Of a stretch of 64,000 bases of DNA, positions 36,593-49,938 are shown piece after piece (position 1 is the stretch's first letter; the number at the start of each line of letters is the position of its first letter). The DNA comes from Octopus sinensis (lineage: Eukaryota): positions 103,726,001 to 103,790,000 of the forward strand of contig NC_043000.1 in NCBI RefSeq assembly GCF_006345805.1, given 5' to 3'. The translations under genes and the position numbers were made by a program. The notes beneath the pieces were generated by a model that had not been told where the DNA came from, did not search any database, and saw only the letters and a program-made list of their open reading frames with translations.

Positions 36593-37225
36593 AGTTAACT
36601 GAGATTTGGATAAAAACTTTGTAGAATGTTGTGCAAAGCTCATCCACAGTTATTGGCCACCTCATGTCATCATACAATTCAAATGCTCCTATTACTGGGT
36701 ATACATCAGGAATTCCATATTATCCATAAGAGATTATATATAAATAGAGAAATGAATGAAAATGGAATTGACAAAATTCTTTATTTAATATCACTACAAT
36801 TGTTTTGATGCATTTAACACCTGTGTGTTAGGTGAGATGTTGTGCAATCATTTTCTTACATCCAAGATGTGGAATTCATCTACTGAGGTGATTGCTTAAA
36901 TAAGTTCTTCATTAGATTCTCTCATCATTTCACTCAATTTAATACTGTAGAACCAAACTGAATGTCTGTTCACCTCCCACAATAGAGAGTAGTCACCTTA
37001 TCTCATTCCATAATGGCTACCTCTGAAGAGTGCAGGATTACATAATCAGACTGTTATCTAACACTCTGTTGAACTCCTAGAGTGAAGCCAATTGGTATGA
37101 TCGTCTGTAGTGAATATGTAATTTTGTATACTTCAGTTAATATATATGTATATTTTAAATTGCTATTGATCAAACTAATAATATAAATGTTATCATTTTT
37201 TTTTATTCTTGTTTTCTATATCCAG

Positions 37226-37353
37226 CTTGTGAACATAAAACACTTATGGTATCACCTGAGGGTGTATTGTTGAAAGAAATTGACAAAATCTGCCAAGACT
37301 TACCTCAACTTGTTCCAGTTCAATGCTATCATCTTTTGACTGAAAACGATGAG
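37226..37353 (+). CDS. DENND3: DENND3-like exon (WD40)
   Basis: tccAG|...GAG|GTAAAA; CEHKTLMVSPEGVLLKEIDKICQDLPQLVPVQCYHLLTENDE; phase 1 to 0. Confidence 0.86.
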
Positions 37354-38589
37354 GTAAAATATATTGATTTGTTTTGTTCTTGTGTTTTCTTGGGGATTTT
37401 TAAAATTTATTTTTGTTGTTGTTGTTTATTCTTGAAACCCTTGTTGAGATATCAGAAGAGTACCGTAGGTATTATAGCTATCAGCAAAATGTAGTAAGAT
37501 ATCAGCATAATATCATAGTTATCTGCTGTCAATCACAGATATGACTTCAGTGTTGGACACATTTCTCAGAGCTAGCAAAAGGAAGTTCTGTTTAATCTTT
37601 ATTTAATACTGTAAACTAGATGTTGTTGCTCTACTGTTCAGTTAATATTTATCTTAAAAGGTTATATTCATCTTAGGTTATAATTTCCTCTCTTAAACTT
37701 ATCACTAACAACAGCACAACCCTTAACAGTTCTAAAAGCAACAAAACAACATTAGATCTCTCCATACAGCCTTAAGAGGAGAAGGGTTAATAAACCTTGT
37801 AAAAATAACAAACAAACATGTCTCAAATTATACTCTACTGACACAAAAAGATGGTATGGTCACTTCTCGAATACCTTTGATCACAGGTTTGCTCATCTAG
37901 GACTAACCTGACGCTAAACAACAGGAACACAAAACTGCTAAAATCCAGATTATAAAAGAACTACAAGCCCATGATCCAAAGAGTGGAGTGTCATTCTGTT
38001 AGAAATAGCAGCTAGACCTCCCTCAAGTTACACACTATCATCTGAAAACAAATGAAGGATCTCAGCAAGAATACTTTTGATTGTAGATTGTCTACAATCA
38101 GGGATGACCTAGGGTTAAACAGCAACTACAGCCCCTAACATAAGAAAATGTCTTTTAATAAAGCAGAAAAGGCCAAGTCACAGCAGGGGCTTCATAACAA
38201 ATGAGGATATCGAAATAACAAACAACACCCAAATACAGAAGGGTTACCAGAGTATAGGATGGGATTTCTGTTTGACAAACAAACCCCATTAGGTATCCAA
38301 TTGAAAAGAAGGCTACTCAGCTGATTAACAGAGATACACTCATTAACAAGCTACAACCACTAATTACAGACATGCTACTTCTCTCTCTTTTTCTCCCCCC
38401 TCTCTCTCTTGCTCTCCCTGTATACTGCTTCATTCAGACCCAACTGACAACCCTTCTTTCCCCATCTCATCAACTGTACAGAAATAGTTACCTTTAATCT
38501 CTTTCACATGAACACTCTCTGCATTAGCATATGTCTCTTAGTTTAAGAAAAAAAATAAACATGGACTTTTGTTATTGTTTCTTTTAAAG

Positions 38590-38727
38590 ATGTGGATTGG
38601 TTATTCATCCATTGGTGCAGTATATATCTTGGACTCTGCCAAATTCACTCTGAAAGAGAAACTTATACTTAAACACAATGGTCGTAGTCGACGTGGCGTG
38701 ACAACAATTGTTAAAGCCAAAGATATG
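38590..38727 (+). CDS. DENND3: DENND3-like exon (WD40)
   Basis: aaAG|ATG...ATG|GTAAGT; MWIGYSSIGAVYILDSAKFTLKEKLILKHNGRSRRGVTTIVKAKDM; phase 0 to 0. Confidence 0.88.
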
Positions 38728-39402
38728 GTAAGTTCTTGGAACTTATTATTCATTAATTAATAAATTATTGTTTTTTTTTTAAGAATTTCAATAATATTTG
38801 AATTTAAAGAACTTCATTAGAATCTTGTTAATAACTCTGATGAAAGCCAGCATCAAATTCTTGATATTACTTCATTAAATGTTTTACACTTATGATTGTT
38901 GTCAATATTTTTTATCCTCAAAGTTAGCCCATATCAAGTAGAACTGTGACACACCAGCCTTCTTATTTTATGTCTTTTATTCAGACACATTGTATCTAAA
39001 ACTTTATCCAAAGGCTCCTTCTTAGAAAAGGCTGTCATATGTGATTTGCGAAAGATTTGGCTGTCATTTCTTGCAGATCAAATGATTTAATGGAGGCTTA
39101 ATCGTTATGCTAACAAACAATAATAGAGGAATGGCTGGTATTTTGGACACTCCTATCTTCGTCTATCTTCGTAGTACTATGTATGGCCCAAGAAGTCAGT
39201 GTTATTACTTTATCAACTTCAATTGTTTAAATGCTCTAAAAAGCTATGAATTATGGTTTATGATCTCACTTTCTTAAATTAATGAATAATAGTGAAAAAT
39301 ATAACCTAGAGAGAGAGTGAAAGAGACAATGTGTTTAACTGGAATGCCTTACTCAAATACACTCTTTTAGCAGGAATCCAAGGGTGGGTATCATGTTCAT
39401 AT

Positions 39403-39794
39403 ACTTTTACTCTTTTACTTGTTTCAGTCATGTGACTGCGGCCATGCTGGAGCGCCGCCTTTAATCGAGCAACTCGACCCCGGGACTTATTCTTTTGTAA
39501 GCCCAGTACTTATTCTATCGGTCTCTTTTGCCGAACTGCTAAGTAACAGGGACATAAACACACCAGCATCAGTTGTCAAGCAATGCTAGGGGGACAGACA
39601 CACAAACACACACACGCATATATATATATACATATATACAACGGCTTCTTTCAGTTTCCGTCTACCAAATCCACTCACAAGGCTTTGGTCGGCCCGAGGC
39701 TATAGTAGAAGACACTTGCCCAAGGTGCCACGCAGTGGGACTGAACCCGGAACCATATGGTTGGCAAACAAGCTACTTACCACACAGCCACTAC
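39403..39794 (-). mobile_element. Full-length, young Octopus-type SINE
   Basis: Complete head-to-tail copy with CpGs intact (gaacccggaacc, cggcccgagg). Confidence 0.9.
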
Positions 39795-40629
39795 TGACTA
39801 AAAATTAAATCAATTGAGATTTGATGAGTAGGAAGTGTGAAAATTTCTATTATGTGTATATATTATACACATACATGTATGTGTGAGAGTGTGTGGATAC
39901 TTTCTGGTTCCTGGTGGTGGTGGTGGCGGTGATGGCAGCGATGACCATGTCTGTGCATAGTTTTGTTTAGCATGGAGAAGCTGTGATTTTGACCATGAGA
40001 TATCTTGGTTCAAGGGCAAGGAGTCCAAGATGATTGAAAATAATAAGCTTTTTTAGCCATCATCTACCATCAATCCTTTAGTGCTTAAACCAGCCACATC
40101 CAGCTCAAATATGCCTTCTGTTTTATGTTCAACCTGGCAAGATTCAGCCCTTTACACCTACTCTACAACATCATTTTAAAACACCATCGAAATTTCAAAG
40201 CTACAAGTTAATGAATGATTAATTCAAAGCAGTATGAAGAAATAAGTATTACATTCAACAGAGTCATCTGAATGGTAAAGAGTTAAAGATGTTGCTATTT
40301 GTTGATCTTTGAACTTCACTGTAACCTGGACAAGAGATATTATTAGCACTTTGAGGTGTATCTTGAAAGAAGAGGCATCTTAATATCCAGTTCGTAGTTT
40401 GACTCCATGGAGTGTCCTGAAGAGACTCTATGTATATTAGCATGAATAAGTAACTCATACAATTACACATTACCATGATTTCACAAAGATAACCCAAATT
40501 AATATTTATAATCTTAAGTAATGCAGATTATATTTATCTACTCAGATAATCAGCACAAAACCATGCTGTGGATTTCATATCCTTGTTACTTTACACACAC
40601 ACACACACACATAATTACATTCACATGTA

Positions 40630-40790
40630 TGACTGTGGTTAAGAAGCTTGCTTGTGAACCAGTTTTGTAGTTCAGTCCCACTATGCAGCACGTTGAGCAA
40701 GTATCTTCTTCTACTTCAGCCCTAGCAAACCAAAGGCTTGTGAGCAAATTTGGTAGGCAGAAACTGGAAGAAGCCTGAATGTGTGTGTGT
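40630..40790 (+). mobile_element. Octopus-type SINE, 5' half
   Basis: gactgtggttaagaagcttgcttg...ttcagtcccact...caaaggcttgtgagc. Confidence 0.75.
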
Positions 40791-41102
40791 GTGCATCTGT
40801 GGCTGTTTCTCTTAGTCTTGACATTGTACAGTATCTATAAACAAGTGTCACCAACATACAAGCAATGTCATTTGTTTCCAGTCTTTTGTGAAAACATGTC
40901 CAGCTGCAAAGAAATATGACCTTGCTTGGAAACAGGTGAGGATTAACAGGAAGGACTTCAGGTCATAGAAAACCTACCTCGATAAATTCCATCTAACCCT
41001 TGTGCACATGGAAAAGTAGGCATTAAAATGATAATGATGAAATTCACTTATGCATATGCATATATTTGTACATGTAAACTTTCAATTTTTTTCCTATTTC
41101 AG

Positions 41103-41342
41103 ATGTGGATTGGCACCAAAGAAGGAACAATACATGTGTATAACAAGCACACATACCAGAATGTTGTTGTTTTGGATGGTCATATGGATGCAGTGTATTG
41201 CTTGTATTCCGTTGAGGACCGATATATAATTAGTGGTTCTGGCAGCAAAGACAGTAAAATTGCTATTTGGAGTGTAGGAAAACTGAATTTTTTACTTAAT
41301 CGAATTTCTTCTCAGAACCAGGTTCCAGACACATTACTCTGA
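41103..41342 (+). CDS. DENND3: DENND3-like terminal coding exon (last WD40 blade)
   Basis: ttcAG|ATG...TGA; MWIGTKEGTIHVYNKHTYQNVVVLDGHMDAVYCLYSVEDRYIISGSGSKDSKIAIWSV..., matching the recalled DENND3 C-terminus [21 protein letters not shown]...KVAIW. Confidence 0.93.
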   Translation: MWIGTKEGTIHVYNKHTYQNVVVLDGHMDAVYCLYSVEDRYIISGSGSKDSKIAIWSVGKLNFLLNRISSQNQVPDTLL

Positions 41343-41686
41343 TTCGATTAACCAGTCTGCAACTACACCTTGACTTTTCATCTGAGACCAACCATGACTA
41401 TTGACAGAGCTAACATAGAATGCACTAAACATTGGTCACAAGTTAGTATTTACTGCTTCAGGTACTTAGCTGTGATCATGAATATAGCAATATATTTGCT
41501 CATTTCCTGGAGTAAAAAGTAATTCTAAAACATAAAAAATATAGCATGCTCTGCTCCAAACTTCATGGTTGAGTGAGGAGTGTTCAGAACAATACTTGGC
41601 TGTGAGAAACAAAAGTTGTTCCAACAAATAAGTCCTATCACTCATGCAAGTATGTGAAAATGGCTTTTAAAACGGTGGAAAAACTA

Positions 41687-41689
<3 letters not shown>

Positions 41690-41719
<30 letters not shown>

Positions 41720-41732
41720 TACATATACATAT

Positions 41733-41774
<42 letters not shown>

Positions 41775-41815
41775 TATATATATTTATATATATATATATA
41801 CACACATACACACAC

Positions 41816-41850
<35 letters not shown>

Positions 41851-42321
41851 ATATATATATATATTATATATATATATATACACATACATACATACATATA
41901 TATATCTATATATAAATTAGAGAAAAACCACTATTATGCAATTCAAACAATGATAGACATAAACCAAATCATAAATGAAAAATAAAATATATTTTAAAAC
42001 ATATAACTAGATCACAAAAAGTACAAAAATGAATAAACAATATATAATAAGTAAAAAGACTACATACGTTTCATGGCTATAATTTAAATTCGAATTACAA
42101 TTAAATTTAAATTTAATCGAAAAACAATTCAACTTATAATTATAATCATTCCTCAGGTCAACAATTTAATTTAAATTTAATTGTAATTTGAATTTAAATT
42201 ATAACCATGAAACATACATAGTCTTTTTATATATATATATACATACACACACACATATATACATAAATACATATACACATATATATACATAAATATATAT
42301 ATAGACATACATATACACACT

Positions 42322-42359
<38 letters not shown>

Positions 42360-42631
42360 AATTAAATTTAAATTTAATCAAAAAACAATTCAATTTAAAA
42401 TTATAGTCACTCCTTCGGTCAACAATTTAATTTAAATATAAATGTAAATAATTTTTCCATTTTTCCCAAGCATCAAACTAATACACCTGCTTGTTGTTCC
42501 TACAATTGTCTTCATCTTTGTTTTTCTATAAATTTAAACTACATATACATATATATATGCATAGATATGTATACATATATACATATATATGCATATGTAT
42601 ATAAATATATATACCTATATACATATATACA

Positions 42632-42684
<53 letters not shown>

Positions 42685-42800
42685 GTGTGTATATATATAT
42701 ATATGTATACACACACACATATATACATATGTATATATATTTATATATATAAATATATATACATATGTATATATATTTATATATATAAATATATATACAT
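41690..42800. repeat. TA/CA microsatellite blocks enclosing a PLE-like pLTR fragment with fold-back (42054-42228)
   Basis: TA-rich runs; ~65-bp inverted repeat aaaaagactacatacgtttcatgg... / ...ccatgaaacatacatagtcttttt; partial second copy at 42350-42430. Confidence 0.8.
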
Positions 42801-45519
42801 ATATCTATTAGGATATATTTGGATAGGAATATAAACTGCATAATCATCAGTGCTATTTGCTGTTTGTCAGTCTAAATTTTCAAAAGCAATCTCATCATAA
42901 TTGGTCTTCATCATCACCATCATTATTGTCATCATCTCTACCACTATCTTCCTTTCCACTACTAAAATCATTCTTATTTATCATCAACTCTACCATCATC
43001 ATTATCATCACTATATTTTCATTTTTCACATTAGACAGATTTTCATTCTTCTCTCTCTTTTCTATAAAAAAAAAATGTAATATATTTTAAAAACAATTAA
43101 AAAATGTATAAATGTTAATATTCAATAACTTTGTTGTCATTGCTTAACGTGGAGACATATGGCTTAGTGGTTTAGATGTTGTTCCCATGATCATAAGATT
43201 GTGGTTTCGATTCCTGGACTGGCTGGCACATTGTGTTCTTGAGCAAAACACTTCATTTTTTGCTCCAGTTCACTCAGCTGGCACAAATGAGTAATCCTGC
43301 AACTCGGGAAGGAACTTTACTTTACCTTTACATTGTTTAACTCCAAGTCAACCCAGACATTTTCAAATTATTTGTTCTTAAAAAGGCAGGGCAATAATCA
43401 TGGACTTTGCATGCCTTCCAAGAAATCAATGTGGTTGATGTTCCTCTTGAATTTTTGGAAGTTGATAGCCACAGGAGAAAAATATGTGCAGATAAAGAAT
43501 TCTAGATGAATTATGTTCTGAAGGGAGGTACTGAGAAAGATTGGTTAGTGTGGGGCCAAATTGTATGGACACAGTTTAGGTGATAAGAGAAGGGAAGAAT
43601 AGTGAGTTTGCTGGGTCTAAGTAAAGGTTGTTTGAAATCAGCTTGGTCAAAGTAAAGGTTCTATGAAATCAGCTTGGTCCAAGTAGCAGAGGTCACTAAT
43701 AGCAGTAGAAAAATCAAACTGTGAAGACAATATATGTGAGCCAAAGGCTGGAATGTTGGTGAGTTACAAAAGGCGGTGTGTGTTGTTGGGGTTTGTGGGC
43801 AGCATTTAATTCTTTTCAAATTATTACACCAATGTAATTTTGTATGCTAATTATGAAAATCACTTTCATTTTTGACACAAATTAATAAAAAAAAAAGTAA
43901 CAAAACATTAAATTTCGAAATTTAAGTTAGTTAGAAACTTCCATTATCAACACACTAGAAGTTGCACTCATCATTTCCATAATAGACACACTTACATGGC
44001 ATCTGTTTCCTGTTTTTAGCCAAGTGTTTGAATAGTGTGAGTTATAGTGTTATAGCTGCAGATACGACAATTGTGACCTTTTACAGATCTTGTCAAGTTC
44101 ATAGTACAATTTCATAACTGTTACCTATCTATCTCTCTTACATTTATGAAATTTTCTTAACATTTATAGGTTAATGTTTCCATTTTCTTTCATTATATTT
44201 TTTCATACTTACACAGTTAGGTTTAGGGGTAAGGTAGGGTCAAGTTTAGAGCTAGGGTTTGGTTGCAACTGTAAAAATTATGACTTTTTCTCAAAATTTG
44301 TTTAGAATTCATAGAATGTCGTTCTTGTTCATTTGGTTTTTTTTTCTTCTTTCATTTCCAAAATAATGAAAATGAGACCCTATTTTTAGACATGAATGTA
44401 TAGATTGTTAAAAAACATGCATTACATCAGTACACACCAAAGAATCAAACAAATGCATATACCTATATGGAAACAGTGAATATCTACACAATAATAAGAC
44501 GTCAGTCAATCACTCCTCAGAAGATCATTTATATACTTGTCCCGAAACAAAACATTAGAGTAAGAAATATATAGAATTAACAAACATTAATTAACAATTT
44601 ATATTCTAATAGACTAGTGAACTAACATATGGAAATACAGCAAATATGTCAGACAATACACCTAATAGAAATACACAAACCACACATAAAATCTATTACA
44701 TGAACCAAATGCACAAAAACTATCAGTCAGCTTAACATCTAATAAAAACCTTTGTGAAATGCAGCACAGAATGCAACAATCACACCTGGCTGTAGACTTA
44801 ATCTAGTATTATATTATAAAAACTCCAAAGCCACATTCTTATGAACAACACACCAGAAACATGTGCTCCCAACAACAAACTGTGGTTGACCAATATGATC
44901 TATAAATTTGATTGCAAACATTAGGATACTAACTTACATAATGTTGGGGACCCAGGAGGAAGCAAACCAAAGGGCTACCCCAGATGGCACACACTCTAAC
45001 TACGCCATTGTGTATCATTGCCTTGTTTAAAATGTTAAAATGCGATTTGGTAACAATTTCGCTGCCATTTCTAGCTGGTTGAGTGACAGCACAAAGTTTA
45101 CAAGAAACTGTATGGATGCATCCCAACTTCTATTAAATTACGTTTTGGTTTTAACATTTGCCTATGTCCGAAGTTCACTGGCATTTTGTTTTCAGACATC
45201 GTTTATTACACCATCACATCACTAACTGATCTGATGGAATGTTACCTAGAGAATTTAGAGACTAGATAAACAAAAGGCCAAGATATTTACTGGTGAAAAG
45301 TTTAGGTTGCATTTATAGCCAGAAAACTAACATTTTTTAGCAATATCTATTTAATTATTATAAAAATGGAGCTCAGTTAAAACAATCAGTGGTAAAGGCA
45401 TGAATCTTGGACAAAAAAATTCTCATTCTGAGAATATTCATCACATAAATGTGACCATGTAATAATTTATACTAACAATTTCAGAGAAGATGGGTGATAT
45501 GTAAATGTTTCTTTTAATG

Positions 45520-45900
45520 AGGTGGTGAAGCATGACCTTCAAATGTTGGGCCTCACCAAGGCAATGACAAGTGACTGAGACCTTTGGAGATATGCTGTGC
45601 TTGAGAGGACCTGGTAAGCCAAGTGAGACCATAACCATGGCCTATGCCAGTGCAGCATAACCAGCACAATTTAAGAGTACCCTTCAATCATTGGGCAATA
45701 AACTGTGCTTGCAAATACCTGATGAGGCAAGTAAAGTCATTGTCATGGTCGATGACAGTCCTGCTTGATTGGCCCTTGTACTGGTGGCATGTAAAAAGCA
45801 CCCACTACACTCTCGGAGTGGTTGGCATTAGGAAGGTCATCCAGCTGTAGAAACATTGCTAGATCAGATTGGAGCCTGGTGCAGCCCTCTGGCTTGCCTG
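45520..45900 (+). mobile_element. RTE 3' end fragment
   Basis: gagacctttggagatatgctgtgcttgagaggacctgg (ORF end) and gtggcatgtaaaaagcacccactacac tail. Confidence 0.8.
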
Positions 45901-48739
45901 CCCCTCATGTTCCTCCCACCCCTCTCCCTGGGTCTGCCTCTGATGAGGTTACATCCAGCTTATATGCAATCATTATTTTATTGCATTCTGTTCACAAATG
46001 CGGTTGGGACCCACACATAATGTGGTGATCTATCAACTGAGTTTACTCAGTTATTAATCTTTCTATATTTGTTTTGTTGCCATAGATAGGTTTTCTTTAT
46101 TATGTCAGAGCATTTTGAAACAAAGCCTACCATTTATGCAACTTTGACATAATTCCGGAAATCAAGAACATTGTATACTCCAAACCATATTACAGTAATA
46201 AAGTTAGGTGGATCACAAGGAACTTCTTAGTTATTACACTGAAAAGTGTTTATCCAAGTTTTAATTGAAAAATGAAGATGTTCATGTATAGAAGTATTAT
46301 TATTAGAAATATATTTGGCTTTCCTATGAATGTTTATGATTTAGACACAAGGACAATAGTTTATGAGGGGCTGAGACAAGTTGCTTGACTGGTATTTTAT
46401 TTTGTTGATTCCAGGAAATCTGGACAAATAAGAACAAAATCAGTGACATGGAACAAATCAATATTATAAAATAACTTCAAAAATAAATTAGTTTACAAAA
46501 TCCTTGTCTGGATTTGTTAAAAAATTTGTAACATTTATAAAATATAAAGTAACATTTACTGATGTAGTTCACTATCATTTTGTTTTTGTTACCATGGAAA
46601 CGTCATTTATTATGTCATCACATCACAAACTATTAGCTATTAACTAAAGAATGTAGATGAGAGGACTATTTGTGCCTTGTTTAAATCGATTGAAAATATT
46701 TGGTTGTCTTCATTCTACATTTTCTTTTTCAAATTCCCTGTATGGCACAGATAAGTATAAGATCATCATAAAAATGGAACTCAATACCAGTCCTTAAAAA
46801 CTGATTTTCACATCACCATTACAATCCTAAGTTTGTTAATCTAAAGCAGTTCTTCAAAGATTTGAATCCACATCATGTCTTAGTCTTCACAAAAGTTACG
46901 CATTCATTATATTATTGTATTTAGTGAGGAAATATAGTTGGGTTTCACACATGTAAATATGGTGAGCTGAAAAACTTAGTGAACTTCAGTTTATTTGCAC
47001 AATTATTCACCTGCCAATATTTGTTTTTTTGCAATAGATATGTTTTGTTTATTATGTCAGAAAAAAAACATTTGATTCACAAAATTCCTTAACATAAAGA
47101 ATTGCATTCCAGAAACAGAGTAAAAAGCATTATACACACCAAATCATATTACATTCAAGGAACCTCTTAATTATTACATTGATGTATGTTTATCCAGGCT
47201 TAATTGTAAAAAACACAGGTGACCTACTTTCCTTTTCCTATTATGTATAGAGGTTATCTTCTTTAAGGTATCTTTGACCTTTCTATAAATATTTTTCATG
47301 ATTTAGACACAAGTGCAGTCGTTTAAAGGAGGACATGAGCCACTTGACTCATATAAATTTATCAAACATGAAAGGACAAAGGGGATAAATACCAGAAAGC
47401 TTCTTTCCTCCAACATTACCAGTTCTATTAATCCACTATCCTCTATAAGAAAAAAAATTGTTTTTAATTATTACAAAAAATTTAGATCAGATTTAAAATT
47501 TAAGTTACTCCTCCTATCAGTATTTTTACCAGGTTTCTTTTTATTGAGAAATAAATGAACATCCCAGCAAAATCATTTTATTTAGAACTAGCAGACATTC
47601 ATTTCCTACACATTTTTTTATTCCGTTGCACTATTTTTTTATTTTGTTTCTGGGTAATATTGTAAACATTAACCAAATTTTGAATAAGAAAAATTAAATA
47701 TCACAAGGGAGCATCAGGATTTTAGAAATGATTCGATGGGGCATGGCCAAAAATCGTTTATGAATCACCGGTGTTGCTTGGGATTTAAATGGCATAGTTA
47801 GTTGAAACATGTGATATGGGGAAGTGCTACATTGAGGACAAAACATTTGTAGAGTAAATGAAGGGCTAATTCAACTAAGTGATATGTCGTGCATATGTTT
47901 GGAAGATTCCAGGTCCTAACCTTGTCATGGAAAAGTGGGTGGGGGTATGTGATGTTTGAATGCACCAAAAAGCTCTCAATAGATATACTCTCCTTTGCAG
48001 CTGTCACTGCCGCTACCACGCGGAACAATTAGCAAACATAGGAACTACATTTATATGATAAATTAAGCCTGTGGGCATGCTCAACAGTACCACATGAGAG
48101 AAATCTACATGAAAGAAATGACGTGATAATGGTGAGGGGTGGTGGCAAGGAAGCACTTGAAAACAACACTGTCAAGCAATATTTCAGTTTGGAATCAATA
48201 GTCGTAGCTCAACTGTGCACTTCTTTGGATAAACAGCATGTGACCATTGTAAGGACAACTTGGCTCCCAAACCAAAACAATTCTGTATGCAGTGTCCAGG
48301 CATGCAAGGTCACATTAAGGACACTGTCTCAAATTATTATGGTTGGGTCTTAGACACTATAAATTATTAGGCTAATGTACATGTGATATTTTGGTTTATA
48401 ATCAATAGCTAAAGAACATTTGTATGGGCTTTGTCTATGCTTAAAAGGAAGACTTTGAAACTGAAGAAAATAGTTGAATAATTGCTCAGGATTTAACATA
48501 TTTTAGCATATTTTTAATAATAAACATAATGCATTCCAAACGGATTTTATTCCAACAAATTGCCATCTATGGTACTATGGGAACAGGCTATTATTCCTAC
48601 CACTTATACAATACAGTTTGAAGTCTACATCAGTTCATCCATTTAATACAACCTACTTATATCATTTCAGTAGTTGTTTTTTCTAGTTTGAACAGAAGCA
48701 ATGCGTAGACCATGCGAGCAGTCATATGTACCCCAGGAA

Positions 48740-49210
48740 AGGGGGTTTTCTGCCCCCAGGGGCCCCATTACTCATTATGTGAAAAATTTTTTAAATCTAA
48801 AACCATCTCTGGAACATAAGTAATGTATGTTCCCAGTTTAGAGAAAATCAGTCTCAAACTTCAGAAGTTCTGAGGGTTTACTTACACACACATCCTCAGT
48901 TTTATATATATATACATGTATATATAAGTGGTTGAGAAATTAACATAAGTATGTCATCAAGAGTAATGTTCCTTGAACCAATGAAGTAACTAAGTTATGC
49001 AATCATTCATATTGTTTACCTGGGAAATGGGGTTTTCTGCCCCCAAAGGCCCTATTACTCATTATATGAAAAATTTTATGAGTCTGAAACCATCCCTGGA
49101 ACATAAGTAATGTTTGTTCCCAGTTTGGAAAAAATCAGTTGCAAACCTCAGAAGTTCTACAGGTTTACACACATGCACACACACATCCTCAGTTTTATAT
49201 ATATAGATAA
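48740..49210 (+). repeat. Two tandem ~285-bp copies of a non-autonomous Helitron-like end
   Basis: ggggttttctgccccc...ctggaacataagtaatg...acacacatcctcagttttatatatata at about 48740 and 49025. Confidence 0.7.
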
Positions 49211-49850
49211 TTCGTTTATGACCTTTTCAGTTTCACATGCAAGATCTGATTTTTTAAAAATGTCTATGCAGATGGAGATCTAATCTGGATCTCTGCACTT
49301 TTAGGTTCTTCATAGTTTCATTCAGTCATATTTTGTTCAAAATTTCTAGACTGGTATGGTTTTGCATGCTATGACCAAACCAATATGAGAACATCATATA
49401 AGTCTTAAAACTAAGTAGACATTTAACAAAAGTAATCTGTGATTTTTTTAAATTAAAGATTTGCTGTTTTTCTCAATAGATGTGACTTTACAAATTCTTA
49501 TAGAATTGCAACTGGTCTAAAAATGTTTCCTACCATTTGGCTCATTTTTGTCTTCTGCTATAAATACATTCACATCTGTCTTACTTTGAAAAACAATATG
49601 ACCTATATGCTTTCCTATCGCAAAAGGAGTCATTTCTTTAAAATATATCCAACCTTCCTATAAATATTGGTACTGCTTTAAGTACAAATCAGGTAAACAA
49701 CCTTGGTAGGATTTGAACATAGAATGCAAAGAGTAGAAGAAATACTGCAAAGTATTTTTCTTGTCATTTACGATGGATGTTATTAATCCAATACCTCTTT
49801 TAAGTAATAAGTTTTAATTATTAAAAGGAAAGGAAAATGACACATGTCCA

Positions 49851-49938
49851 GAACATTCTGGAAAATCATAAGAGAACATTCTGGAAAATCATAAGAGAAC
49901 ATTCTGGAAAATCACAAGGAAGCATTCTGGTAAATCAT
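49851..49938. repeat. 23-bp minisatellite, about 3.7 copies
   Basis: agaacattctggaaaatcataag units. Confidence 0.92.

Noticed and set aside
38837-38843. CTGATGA motifs at 38837, 45940 and 50367 as hammerheads
   Set aside because: No properly placed GAAA with stems II and III; at most decayed relics. The GAAAC-tctga-GTT at about 24072 lacks the CUGANGA half
44929-45126. - strand ORF ending at a GTAAGT donor
   Set aside because: Contains caatggcgtagttagagtgtgtgcc, typical of a hAT-type MITE terminus; no recognisable protein
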